From NCBI RefSeq assembly GCF_006345805.1, contig NC_043004.1, positions 2,108,001 through 2,172,000 on the forward strand: a DNA stretch of 64,000 bases, read 5' to 3'. Position numbers and translations under genes: made by a program. Position 1 is the first letter of the stretch, and every line of letters begins with the position of its first letter. This DNA is from Octopus sinensis (lineage: Eukaryota). Shown here in pieces: positions 39,095 through 52,749 of this stretch. The notes under the pieces were generated by a model that did no database searches, was not told where the DNA came from, and saw only the letters and a list, made by a program, of their open reading frames with translations.

Positions 39095-39344
39095 AAATGC
39101 GCCCTTTTAAAGCCTAGCCAGGCTCATGGGCCCGGTTTCCCGGTTTCAATGGCGTATGTGTTTTCCAGATGGACGGGACGCCAGTCCATCGCAGCGTTAC
39201 TCATTTTTGCCATCTGAGTGGACTGGAGCAACGTGAAATGAAGTGTTTTGCTCAAGAACACAACACGTCGCTCAGTCCAGGAATCGAAACCACGATTTTA
39301 CGATCGTGATGCTGACACCCTAACCACAAAGCCACGCGCCTCCA
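39095..39344 (-). mobile_element. tRNA-derived SINE family F
   Basis: Minus head GGAGGCGCGTGGCTTTGTGGTTAGG...GGTTTCGATTCCTGG; body GATGGACTGGCGTCCCGTCCA. Confidence 0.8.
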
Positions 39345-39370
39345 CTTTATAACAAACACTAGAATGTGTA

Positions 39371-39436
<66 letters not shown>

Positions 39437-39756
39437 TGTGTGTGAGTGTGTGTGTGTGCGCGTGTGTTTGTGTGTGTGTGTAGAAGGTTGAAAAGGAACA
39501 CACGAGTTGATATATATATGGAAAAAAGTCAAGGTAGAAAATGCTAAAATAATTTTATAAAAAACATTTCAGTTTCTGTTTCGGTCATTGAGACTTTTTC
39601 AACTGTAAATATGGAAAGGAATTAAATTTTGGAAGAATTAAATGAAAAGTATTTAAAAAGAATATTTGCATAGTATTCAAATACAAGGACATTTTCTTGT
39701 TTCTGTTTGTGTCTGTCAGTCTTGTTTACTTTTGTGGGTTCGAGATCGTTGTCTTG

Positions 39757-39797
<41 letters not shown>

Positions 39798-40509
39798 AGA
39801 TTATTGTAGTTTGCTTGAAGCATTGTGTATTGTTTGTAAAATATAACATGTCTTGAATGGCACAACAATGAAGATTGGAGACTATAATAACTGTTATAAT
39901 TTAATTATCCATAGTCTGATATAATAATAATATTTCGGAATACAAAATTTCTTTCTCCAAATATCGCTAGGAATTCATCGAGTCACTACTAATATATATA
40001 TATATTTATTTTTCTATGTAAAATAAAGTAAGCATAATGAAAATCCGGAAGATGGAAGTAGGTGGAGTTCGGTCATCTTAATTCTTTGAAATATAAACAA
40101 GGTAAAATTGAACTCACAGATTCAGCTCTGGTGAATATTAATCGTTGTAGAGAGCTATCCTGTAAGTTTAGAATGTGTCCCTCGCTTTTTCTTTACTAAA
40201 ATGTGTTTGTCGGTTTAAATTGTATTAGTCAATATGCAAGCTACGACCACCGCCTAATGTGAAAAGACAACAGGTGTCAGCATCAACCCTGCCTTTATTT
40301 CATGATTTTAATTGAGGTGAGTTGAGTTATAAAAAGATAAACAGAAAGAAATAATTTTCATGACGTTTATCAAAACCTTAGGACCTGTATAACGCATAAA
40401 CTGATAAACAAAAGAAGTAATTTTTGTAGTTCATCTAAGAGGGTTATAAATAATGATTCGCCGTGCTGAACCGCTGAAATCTTCAAATCTTTTTCATTCT
40501 CTCTTTCTT

Positions 40510-40653
40510 TATTTTCTCTTATTCCATTCTGTTGTAGAGCGTAGGCTCGAAACGTAAAAAAGCATTTTCATTTTTTCCGAGCGTCAAACTAATGCACTTG
40601 TTGTTCATACACCTGTCTTCGTCTTCTGTTTTTTTTCTATAAATTCCAACTAT
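40510..40653 (+). mobile_element. Family B copy with HHR-like motif
   Basis: CTGTTGTA-GAGC GTAG GCTC-GAAAC-GTA at 40529-40556 followed by the family-B body. Confidence 0.72.
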
Positions 40654-42096
40654 AAATAATGAAAAATCATGAAAATGCAACTGGTTTCTGTATCAATAAT
40701 GCGAAGACTTACATGAAAATGATGATGTAGAAGGTGTTAATAATGAAACTACACTTCTACAAAGCTGAATATTGAAAGGAGTTTTTTAGAAAACAATTCA
40801 ATATTTCGGTGACTTTTATAGAGTTAAAGTGCATTAAGAACTGTTTAATGTGGATTGGAGAGGAACGAATATCATCCAGGTTGTAAGAGCAGGAAGATGA
40901 GGCAGTGGCAGCAGTACTGGACTCGGACTTTATTTACCAACTCTGATACAATGAGAGGCAGGGTGAATAAATCAAGAACATATGCAGCAAAGCTTTCTAT
41001 CCAACTCTATAATGACTGCTGGAATACCAACCATTGAAAATAAGGAAATATATGAGACAGAAAACCGCAAACATTTAACTTTCAATATAAAACTTTTAGT
41101 CAAGTGTAGTAGCAAATGTTTCTGCTACACAATGCCCCGTGCTTGGCATAATTTTGAATATGGCGCACCTTGAGCCCTCAAGATACAATACGTATGTTAA
41201 TAGTACTGCGTTTGTGCTGATTGCCACCGAATGCATCTGTGAACTCCCTTTTGTTTAATTATTTCTATGAGTTCCTACTCCCGAAGGAAACACGCAAAAG
41301 TATAAAAAAAAACAAGATGTTTTAGGATAGAATATATGTAACATTTGAGAGACCTTAACCATTTTAAACAGTATAACGGAAGAATCCGAGTAACTTGTCT
41401 ATAATCCGAAAAATAAAGGGCTTAAATACTGTACACTACTCTATTGCCGACGTTACAGAATTACAATTTACCATGTTCTGTACTGTTAGTTATGAAAATA
41501 AGAACCAAACAATGATGATGTAAGTTTTTTTCTGTTTGAAACTAAGAACTCCAGTGAATCTCTAAATATTAAGTTAGCGCATCGTCTTAAACTTTTGTTA
41601 TGTTCCTTAATATTAATTTCTAGGTTGTACCTTCAGCAAGATGTCTGAACTGAGATCGCGTATTAGATGAAAAATAGTTGCATCATGATAGAATGAGTCA
41701 GCCAATTAAAGATACATAGATATACTGTTATAATCAATCTTGTTCCTTCCACTGGTATATGGTCCAATCAGAAGTGTAATGAATTATGATTAGTGTCACT
41801 TATTGGAATTATGTTAAAATATATAGAATTCCATAGGGAAGCTAAAAATGGTAAAGATATGAATCATTTTTCATTAAAGAGAGCTAAAAACTTTAGAAGA
41901 TAATTAAAAACAAGAGAAAAATATGAAAATAAGTGATTAGTAACTTTTAAGCAAAGAACATTATTTTATAACAAACGTATATCCCTCAAGAGTTTAAAAG
42001 GAATACCGTGCTCTCTCTCTCACACACACACATACACACACACACACATACACACACACATATGTTCAGTATCCATGGATGGATAGATTGATAGAC

Positions 42097-42171
<75 letters not shown>

Positions 42172-42628
42172 CAGATAGATGTGGGACTGATTATGTTTAT
42201 GTATAAATATACAAGAACGAATGTGAGGAACAAGCGTACTCTTTACTAAAATTGAAGTTCTAATTTTACATTTGAAGATGATACCTTACAAATCGTTATC
42301 CCGATTTCGGTTTTCGGGCGATTATGTCAAATGGTAGATATCATGCAGTAGATATTTAAAAGATATCTACACTGGAGATATTAGAATATATCGATCACTT
42401 TTGCTTGGTTAGGTTAGAAACGAAACGATCGTATATAACGGTTGTATTCAAAATGCATGACATGATGAGGGAAGGGGTCGTTGCTTGTCTTGACAAGGGA
42501 TGATACCGGAAAAAGAGTAACCCACATGAAAATATAATTGCAAATATGTACATGGAAAAAATATCTTTTATATTTGCAGTATTTATTTAAGATACTCTGT
42601 GTGTGCGCTCGCTTGTGCGCACGCGCAT

Positions 42629-42847
42629 TCTCTTTCTCTTTTATCTCTCTTTTACTTGTTTCAGTCATTTGACTGCGGCCATGCTGGAGCACCACCTTTA
42701 GTCGAGCTAATCGACCCCGGGACTTATTCTTTGTAAGCTCAGTACTTATTCTATCGGTCTCTTTTGCCGAACCGCTAAGTGACGGGGACGTAAACACACC
42801 AGCATCGGTTGTCAAGCAATGCTAGGGGGATAAACACAGACACACAA

Positions 42848-42878
<31 letters not shown>

Positions 42879-43021
42879 CATATATACGACGGGCTTCTTT
42901 CAGTTTCCGTCTACCAAATCCACTCACAAGGCATTGGTCGGCCCGGGGCTATGGTAGAAGACACTTGCCCAAGATGTGGTTGGTTAGCAAGCTACTTACC
43001 ACACAGCCACTCCTGCGCCTA
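42629..43021 (-). mobile_element. SINE family A (internal deletion in head)
   Basis: Near-identical to the reverse complement of 25069-25508. Confidence 0.88.
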
Positions 43022-43526
43022 TGTAAAATTGATAAATGTAACAAATATGAATTGCAGGAAAGTAATTCTGTAAGTCAGTTCAATCAAGAACACATACAGG
43101 TCAATCAAAAAATTTGAAACAAAATAAAGTAAAGTTAAAATATTTGGTTAGGTGAAGGGTTCTATCCTGAATGCATATTTATCATTAAAGAGACTCCTTG
43201 TTAACGCCACGTTTAAATGAGGCGTGGCTCTGTTCAAGATCTCTCTGCCCGCTGATAGATTCATTATCACACTGAATCGCACTGCTAACACGAGGGAGGA
43301 CTTTAATACACCTGGAAGTACATTATAGCTGCTACACGAAATACAATAACCTTTCAAGCAATGTGTACAGTATGTACGTCCCAGTTTTCGGGAATGTGTT
43401 CAGTGTGTAAGTTGCTCTATCCAGTATTGTTACACCGCCAAACTTAGTGGCTATTTAAGTAATTTATTCGTGGATAGTTGACGGGTTGAATGTGGAGCTG
43501 ATGAGAAAGCAATAACTCCTGAAATA

Positions 43527-43595
<69 letters not shown>

Positions 43596-44395
43596 TATAT
43601 ATAATATATATATTACCTATTTTCTATCTTCGTTTGCAATGTTTGTATAAACATATTCGTATATGAAACGTCATAATTTTCAGTGCTGATCTAAATTCAA
43701 TAAAATATCTGAAGAGATAACCTAAAAGTGTTTGAATCGCACTGCTAACACAGGCAGGTAGGACATGGTATTGACTTACAGACATTTAATATACTTGGTA
43801 GTATATTAAATGATTCTTAATTTAACTGACCAATTATACTGATGGCTGGACTTTGGTGAGCAACAGGTGGTTGGTCTTTACAACATATCAGTAAGTATAT
43901 AATTGTACTTAATTTATGGGAATGCTATTTAGATAAATATTTATTAGTACTATTTACGAAATCTTAAGTACTATTCTTTTTCTAGACCTATTGGTGTATC
44001 CTATTATACTAAAGTACTTTTTATTATTTATATACACTTTTAGCCCGAAAGAAAGTTTAACCCACTCATTAATTTTCTAGTTTTGTCATTTAGTCAAAGG
44101 CTCGAAAAGTTACACGGTGAAATGGTATGATTCAAATATATTAAACTTTCATTCTCTTCTCGGTGCTCTTTCCTTTCCTTTTCCTTTATTTTTTGTACTT
44201 TTCTTCACTCTGGTGAAACGCCATATTCCGGATCAGATTATGACGAATATTATCCTCAGGATTTCCTTTGGCAGCGCTATCGGGCGCTGGAAACAGAAAC
44301 GGCTGTTAGATGCGATAAAGTTTTGTATGAAAATATGATAGTCGATGGTAGTCAATTTGTTGTTGATGAAGAATTCCTCCATTTTCTGCTTAATG

Positions 44396-44438
<43 letters not shown>

Positions 44439-45061
44439 TGCGTGCGTGTGTTCAAATGTGTGTGTGTATGTGTGTGTATATGTGTGCGACTTCGTGTCTC
44501 ACTGTTTCAGCAAAAGGAGTTCGACGGAATAAGTACCTAGCTTTAAAAACAGTATTGGGGTTGATTCATTAGACTTTTCAAAAAATTCTTAGAAGATATA
44601 TTCCAACTTGGCCGCGGTTTGACATTTGAAACAAGTAAAAGATATTCACAATTCCTGAGTATATATGTTTAGGAGTATACGTATTTTTATATATACGCAC
44701 ACATTTTATACACACATATATGCATATCTATATTCCTGTACACATTTATATTCACATATATAAATATATATACACACACACAAATATATACTTATATATA
44801 TATATATATATAAGTGCACACAAATTTACATAAACACACACAGACATCTATCCCACACACATTAGAACGAAAAATAGAAAGATATCTATATGAATAGATA
44901 GGCAAATATATATATAAAACTATTGATGCTTCCAATCATTTGACTGCGGCTATACAGATATTCCGCCTTGAAGAATGTTTAGATGAATGTAATGACCTCA
45001 GTACTATTTTTAAATGTATCGACCCTTAGAGCTTATTATATCGATCTCTCATGACAAACCG

Positions 45062-45095
<34 letters not shown>

Positions 45096-45310
45096 GTACC
45101 ACGGGCTTCTTTCCGTTTCTCTCTGCCAAATTTACTCACAAGACTTTGGTCGGCCCGAGATGCTATTGTAGAAGACACTTGCCCAAGATGCCACGCTGTG
45201 GGACTGAACCCAGAACCATGTGGTTGGGTAGTATACACACACGCACACACATTATAATATATTTTTATAACATATTATTTTATATTATATTACGTATATA
45301 TTGATGAATG

Positions 45311-45343
<33 letters not shown>

Positions 45344-45348
45344 ATGTA

Positions 45349-45406
<58 letters not shown>

Positions 45407-45410
45407 CATG

Positions 45411-45663
45411 TAGAGGAGCAATGGTCCAGTTGTTAGAGCAGCGGACTCGCGGTCGTAGGATCGCGGGCGTTGTGAGTGTTTATTGAGCGAAAACGCCTAA
45501 AGCTCCACGAGGCACCGGCAGGGGATGGTGGCGATCCCTGCTGTACTCTTTCGCCACAAATTTCTCTCACTCTTTCTTCTGTTGGCTTTCTTCTGGCGTC
45601 ATTTAAAGGCTAAAACAATGCGAAACGCATTGTGACCAGCGATGTGTCACGGTGATAACGGTG

Positions 45664-45665
<2 letters not shown>
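45411..45665 (+). mobile_element. SINE family D
   Basis: Shares head and body with 36620; its 3' part matches 62592-62738(-). Confidence 0.75.
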
Positions 45666-45701
<36 letters not shown>

Positions 45702-45929
45702 ACATACGTATATATACAATGGGCTTCTTTCAGTTTCTCTCTACCAAATTTACTCACAAGACTATGGTCGGCCCGAGATGCTATAGTAGAATACACTTGC
45801 CCAAGATGCAACGCAGTGGGATTGAACCCAGAACCATGTGGTTGGGTAGTACACACACACACACATACACACATTGTATTGTCATATTGTAATATATTAT
45901 ATTATATTATATTATATGCATGTATAGAT

Positions 45930-45981
<52 letters not shown>

Positions 45982-45982
45982 G

Positions 45983-46015
<33 letters not shown>

Positions 46016-46016
<1 letters not shown>

Positions 46017-46723
46017 TGTTTCTTTATTAGCCACACAGGGCTGCACACAGATGGGACAAATTACAAGGTAGAGCTTTTCTTTTGAAGGTTTAAAAAATAA
46101 AAAAAAAAAAAAAAAATAAATAAAATAAAAATAAAAAAAATAAAAATAAAGAAAAGATAAAATAAAAAATAAAAAAAAAGGGGGGAGTCGATCAAAAGGG
46201 ATCGTAAAAGGAGAGAAAGAGGACAAAAAAAAGGGGGGGGTTAAAAAAAAGGGGGAGAGGAAAAAAATTGATCAATAGGGATCGTTATCACAGAAATGTC
46301 AATATGAAGTGTAAAGGGGAGGACAGGTGAGGTTTAACCGTGGAAAGAAAAGCCTACGGAAAAGACCACGGTAACCTCGGTCAATGAAGTCACATGTTAT
46401 ATTTCTTTTTTTTTTTTTTTGCAAATAAGCAACTCTCTGTATTAATTTTTACGGTTCATAGAATCATAGTCAAGGTGGCTTCGTCATTCATACGTGCCAT
46501 CCTTGCTACATTCACCCATCTTTTTTTAAAACATTCACTAGACAAAACTTGCCTCTCTACTCTCACTTTTTTCTTCAAGTGATACTTGAAGAAGTTGATG
46601 AGAGATTGACCAGAGAGGAAAGTGTTTGTCTCTAATCCTTTCAGACGCGTCCACCAGATACATTCTTTCGCCATAGCCACAAGTATGATAAAAATAGCTC
46701 TTCCTTCCCGTTTGAAGGAAGGA
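46016..46723 (-). mobile_element. 5'-truncated L1/Tx1-clade LINE 3' end inserted in (GATA)n
   Basis: Minus ORF ...AMAKECIWWTRLKGLETNTFLSGQSLINFFKYHLKKKVRVERQVLSSECFKKRWVNVARM resembles Tx1 ORF2 C-termini; pyrimidine-rich 3' UTR with AATAAA just before (ATCT)n; (GATA)n on both flanks (45931-46015 and 46725-46785). Confidence 0.72.
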
Positions 46724-46785
<62 letters not shown>

Positions 46786-47401
46786 TTGATGCTAAATACG
46801 CATACTGATATGGAAATATGTATGTTCCTCTGCCGAGAGATCTTTTGTATGTATGCAATTGGTTTAAATCCTGTGTTGCGACAACTAACGGACTGCTGAT
46901 TGACTGTTTCTTCACAGTCGATTATTAAATGGTGTAAGTTTAAGAAATAGCATGACAACTAGAGAAATATAAATAACAAATGTTTGATTTAGGTTGGAGA
47001 TAGCAGTACCGTTGAGTTGTTAGTAAATGTGTGTGGAAGATGCGGAGGCGTCGACGTACTGCTGTACGGAATATCACTAACGTTTATGTATGTGTTTTTC
47101 TCTCAGTATTAACTAACATTTTAGTCTGCTGTCAATTCCCAAGTTAATCATGATATTTGCTGCAGAAATTTGACGGATACACATGCATCAATATACAATT
47201 TATCAAATAAATACACACTCACTCACACACACACACACGCACACACATGTACATAACTACATACATATGTGCGTGTGTGTGCACTGTATGAAAATACAAA
47301 TATGATATGTTTATGTATATATGTATGTGTGTATGTATATGTATATACATATATACGTGTATATTTATATATGTGTGTGTGTGTGTGTATGTGTGTGTGT
47401 A

Positions 47402-47883
<482 letters not shown>

Positions 47884-48366
47884 TATATATATAAATTTTT
47901 TTTTTATTGCGGAATGGTCATCTTTCTTGTATGTTTCTCTCTGTGTGCGTGCGTGTGTGTGTGTGTGTGTGCGTGTGCGTGTGTGTGTGTGTGCGTGTGT
48001 GTATAATTGTGCATGCATGAATATATATATTTAGAAAGGGCAGAACAATAGTAAATCTGAAGTGAAGAACAAATACATAGTCCTTGTGTTTATTTGGAGA
48101 AAGAGTAATAGAATATGACCATATATGTTCGTTTATTCTCTTACTTGTCTCAGTCATTTGAAGACGGCCATGCTAGGCCACGGCCTTTAAAAGGTTTCGT
48201 CGAACAAACCAACCCCAGGACATTTTTTTAAGTCTAGTATCGGCCTCTCTTTGCGGAACCGCTAAATTACGGGGATGTAAATACACCAACTCCGGTTGAC
48301 AAGCAGTAGTGGGAAACAAACACACATAAAGACACATACCCATAAATAAAAAATATATGCATGCAC

Positions 48367-48432
<66 letters not shown>

Positions 48433-48442
48433 TATATATATA

Positions 48443-48726
48443 GTGATGGTTTGTTGCCAACTTAATTTGGCAGACCCATGAAAGGGAAGAATGCTTCTGC
48501 TATTTAGCCCCAGGAAGCACCGTTTCCAGTTGGCCATGTGATACAAGCGTACTGTGTCATGTTTTCAAACCGGGGAGATAAGCACCTCCACCCAGCAAAG
48601 TCAGTTTTGCTGAGTGGAGGTGCTTATCTCACATGGCCAACTGGAAACGGTGTTTTCTGGGGCTAAATAACAGTGGCATTCTTCCCTTTCCTGGACTGCC
48701 ACATTAAGTTGACAACAAACCATCAC
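48443..48726. mobile_element. Fold-back (palindromic) MITE-like element
   Basis: Left arm GTGATGGTTTGTTG...GGCCATGTG pairs with right arm CACATGGCC...CAACAAACCATCAC. The inner stem GAGATAAGCACCTCCAC/GTGGAGGTGCTTATCTC plus CAGCAAA/TTTGCTG closes a 6-nt loop (48600-48605). About 34 extra bp lie in the left arm. Confidence 0.85.
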
Positions 48727-49008
48727 TTTATCGTGCTGTTACTGTATAACTCCCTCTGAGAGATTTCGAAATGAAACACTTTATATATATATAATATATA
48801 TATATTATATATATATATATATTATATATATTATATATATATATATATATATAAATAAGAGTAAAGAGTAAAGAGTAAAAGAGAGAGAATATATATATAT
48901 ATATATATATAACGGGAAGCTTTATGAAAATAAACAAAAGACGAAGGCAGGTGGAATACAAACAAACAATTGTATTAGTATGGCGCTCAGGAATATAAAT
49001 AAAACAAG

Positions 49009-49046
49009 TCTTTTACGTTTCGAGCCTACGCTCTTCAACAGAAAGA
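49009..49046 (-). ncRNA. Minimal type I hammerhead-like motif, variant core (family B, best-paired copy)
   Basis: UCUUU-CUGUUGAA-GAGC guag GCUC-GAAAC-GUA-AAAGA: 5-bp helix I, 4-bp helix II, ACGU palindrome. Confidence 0.6.
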
Positions 49047-49123
49047 TACACAGAAAAGAAACACAGAAAAGAAACACGTGCATAGGCTAGCGAATCAACA
49101 TATATATATATAGCCTTGTGAGT

Positions 49124-49173
<50 letters not shown>

Positions 49174-49346
49174 CAAATCCATTCACAAGATTGGTAAGCC
49201 CGCGGTGCCACAGAGTAGAACTGAACCAAGGACCACGTGGCTGGTAAGCAAGCTACTTACCACACAGCCACTCCTGCGCCTACCTACATATAAACATGCA
49301 TACATACATACATATATATATATTTATACATACATACATATATATA

Positions 49347-49379
<33 letters not shown>

Positions 49380-50025
49380 GTTATATATAGTTATATAATG
49401 AAGGCGCATGGCCTAGTGAGTGGTTAAGGTGTTGGACTCGCAAGATCGTGCTTTCAATTCCTAGACCTGGCGGTGCGTTGAGTTCTTGAGCAAAGCACTT
49501 CATCTCAAGTTGCTGTGCGATCACCTCGACACGTGGTACATAGTGCATTTGTTCAGACAACGTCGATTTGATGGAGCGAGTGAGCCATCCGTCGTCTTTG
49601 ACGGGAGAGCTCACCATATATATATATATACTTTCATTCTTTTACATGTTTGATTCATTTAACTGTGTTCATGCTGGAGCACTGCTTTATCTGTGAACAC
49701 ATGTTGTATGAGTGCGTGTGTTTGTGAACGTGGTTGTGACATGAACGTAATTAATTTGCTAATGATTTCTATCAAAAGGTTAATTCAACAAAAACACGCT
49801 TGTTGGTCGGCTTCTGTAAAAACAGATCAAATTTTTGTTAAATTTGACTTTCACTCATCACAAGAATTAAATAAATCGGTGAGGCCATTTCTGTTTTCGT
49901 TCATTTCACGAATGGTGTAATAAGTTACATCATTATAGAGACTTCGATTCGATACTTTATATCAATTTCGAAAACTTGAATGAGAACGGTAAGGAAGCAA
50001 ACACACACACATATGTTTGTATATG

Positions 50026-50060
<35 letters not shown>

Positions 50061-50114
50061 CATACCTATATATATCATATATCATATATATCATATATAT
50101 ATATATATATATAT

Positions 50115-50255
50115 CATGTAAAAACTTACTTCAATAGCAGCAGGAAATGCCGATTATGCCTAGCCAAGAATAGAGCCATATTAAAGAAATCTCAATCCCT
50201 CAGGCATCTTTTCCAACAGCAGAAGTGAAATTTGTAATCTTTGCCACATGAAACG
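50115..50255 (+). pseudogene. C-terminal end of a Penelope-like GIY-YIG endonuclease (Cys/His zinc-finger tail)
   Basis: YFNSSRKCRLCLAKNRAIL then, after a frameshift, SNSRSEICNLCH; resembles the CxxC...CxH tail of Neptune-type PLE endonucleases. Confidence 0.55.
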
Positions 50256-51019
50256 GAGTACATCCAATCAGAATTTTGTGCCCCATCGTGACTATAATAG
50301 TCAATTCCCCAAATTCAGCTCTCCCACCACCAACACCTGGAAATCCGGCAAAAAGTTCGACCAGAGCATACACAAACGCACTGACAAACGTGCCCAGACA
50401 TGGCAGACATCTACCAAATAGATCCCTTTTGTAACCTTCAGCATTTTCCTCTACACATCGCTACACACACTCCGTACAAACACAAATACACCAAAGAATT
50501 TAACGAAAACATGAACAAAACATAAACAAAACACACGTGCCACACATATAGTGCCACGGCACACACTCCAAATCCACAAGTATACCAACCCCAAAGCATA
50601 CACACATTTCCCATAAACACATTTCTAGGAAAATCTTGTCGCATTGCAACACCCCAGATGCGGATTTTTGATGCCAAGTCACATAAACATTAACTAAACC
50701 CTTGCTTGATTTAGTTCGATGCCTTTTTTAAAGCAATCATAAATGTTGAGTCGTCGCCAAATTTACTATCGTTATCGCTATCTCTGAAGAGCGCAGAATT
50801 ACATAGTCACGCTTTTATCGAACACCCAATTGAACCCCACTGCCAAAGCCATTGATAAGATCTGCCGTAATTCATATATAAAACTGTACACTTCGATTAA
50901 TATACCCACTCTATTGACAAATATTTATATGCATAATGTATTCTTATATATATGTGTGTTTGTGTGTGTGTGTATGTATGTATGTAAGTATATATGTATG
51001 TATGTATATATATGATATA

Positions 51020-52302
51020 TATAGAGCGTGCAATGGGCAAATTGTCGCCATTTCATATTTTTATTTTCGCGTATGCGCATTGTTTGATTTTGATTTTGTT
51101 GACTACACAGTATAGTAGGGTCAGTTGACCATCATCTGTGAGAAAAACAGCATATTGACACAATTCACTCTGCTAGAAATTTGGAAACGAAATGCTGTAC
51201 TGCTTGGCATTCGCACCGGAACCTCCAATATGAATATTTCAGAGTGTTTGTATGTTAATGTGAGGACAGTGCAGAGAGTTCGGAATGAGTTGGATAAGTC
51301 TAATAGTGATTATGAAGGAACGACCACTCAGAAAACACACTCCGATCGCTCTGATAAGAAAAGAACTCCTTAATTTGTTGGTGAGGTCCAGGTCAACGAT
51401 CCCTCCAAGTCAATCAGGTCCATCACCAGGGATTTGGGTGTGTCTGAGTTTCCTTTCAGGCAAGTAGAGTATGAAGACATTCGGTATTCTTCATACAAGA
51501 TGAGAAAGGGTCAATTTCTATCCCAAGCCACCAAGGAAAAGAAAGAAGACTGCGCTTCACAGCTTTTGAAAAAACTCAAGCATCCCCTCCAACTGAACAC
51601 GTCTTGGTTTTTCGGAAACGAGAAAAATTTCTGCCATATGATGAACACACAGTACAACTGTTGGCTTGCCGTGACTCCAAAACATGTAAAGAGAGTGATA
51701 AAAATTAAACATCTGGTCAACATCATGGTGTTCGGAGTGATCACTAGTGATGGAAACTTTATGCCTCCATTCATCTTCCCACTCGACCTCAGATTTAACA
51801 TGGAGGCCAACATCAAGTGCCTGGAGGAGGTGTGTTGCTCTGGGTCAAGTAGGTGACTGCTGGAAGACCCTATGTCTGGAAACAAGACTGCACCATGCCA
51901 GACAAGCAGGAGAACCTAATGATGGCTGTCAGACAATCTCTGTGACCACATCACCTCTAACATCTGGCCACTTCACTCCCCAGACTGCAACCCCCTTGAT
52001 TATTATATGCGGGGCGCATTTGACCGAGAGACCAGCAAAAGTCCTTGTAACACCAAATATAAAGTGAAGGCAAGGATTATGGCAGCATTCATCAACTTAA
52101 ACAAAGAGACGGTTCAGAATAGTTGCAGGAGATTCTGAAATCGTCTGGAGGCCGTGGTTGAAGCCAATGAAGATTTTATTGATTAAACTTACTCTTTAGT
52201 GTTTGAAGCTATTTTTATGCAATTTTGGTAAATATATCTGTTAAAATAAGATTTCAGAAGATTATTTTGATTTTTGAGCAATTTATGCATAGCACCCTGT
52301 AT
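51020..52302 (+). mobile_element. Decayed Tc1/mariner transposon, DD37D (maT-like) family
   Basis: About 1.28 kb with degenerate TIRs between TA dinucleotides. Translation gives NVRTVQRV (HTH), WFFGNEKNF, MVFGVITSDG, and KQD...WPLHSPDCNPLDY with 37 residues between the last two D positions after correcting a 2-nt deletion. Multiple stops and frameshifts. Confidence 0.88.
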
Positions 52303-52337
52303 ACATACATACATACATACATACATACATACATACA

Positions 52338-52373
<36 letters not shown>

Positions 52374-52380
52374 TACATAT

Positions 52381-52425
<45 letters not shown>

Positions 52426-52533
52426 CTTCTATTTAGCCCTAGGACGAACCGCTTCCTGTTGACCTTGACATATTTCCTGTGTCCTTGTATTTACATTGGG
52501 GGAGGTAAGAACTTCCATCCAGCTAAGCCAGCG

Positions 52534-52576
52534 TCCAGAGACTAGTTTCTAAGTCATTGCTCGTCATCAGTCTGGA
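52534..52576 (-). ncRNA. Type I hammerhead ribozyme
   Basis: UCCAGA-CUGAUGA-C GAG caauga CUU A-GAAAC-UA-GUC-UCUGGA. Intact core, perfect 6-bp helix I, palindromic ACUAGU helix III, GUC site, C.A mismatch closing helix II. Confidence 0.8.
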
Positions 52577-52715
52577 GTAGCATGGGTTGCTAGCTGTCGA
52601 TGCCTGTCTGCCTCTGTAAACATATAATAATTCAAGTGAAATACATTCACTGATTTCGAATATAGAAATAATACATTCCTAAATCTCTCAGATAGATTTA
52701 TACAGTAGAAACACT

Positions 52716-52749
<34 letters not shown>

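Noticed and set aside
43495-43535. CTGATGA...GAAAT ATGCATAT A motif
   Set aside because: Neither helix I nor helix II pairs; the palindrome comes from the adjacent TA repeat.
47075-47145. CACTAAC branch point plus TTTTTCTCTCAG acceptor
   Set aside because: The only open frame is short (LTNILVCCQFP), the donor is weak, and the phase does not connect with the 59.3-kb candidate.
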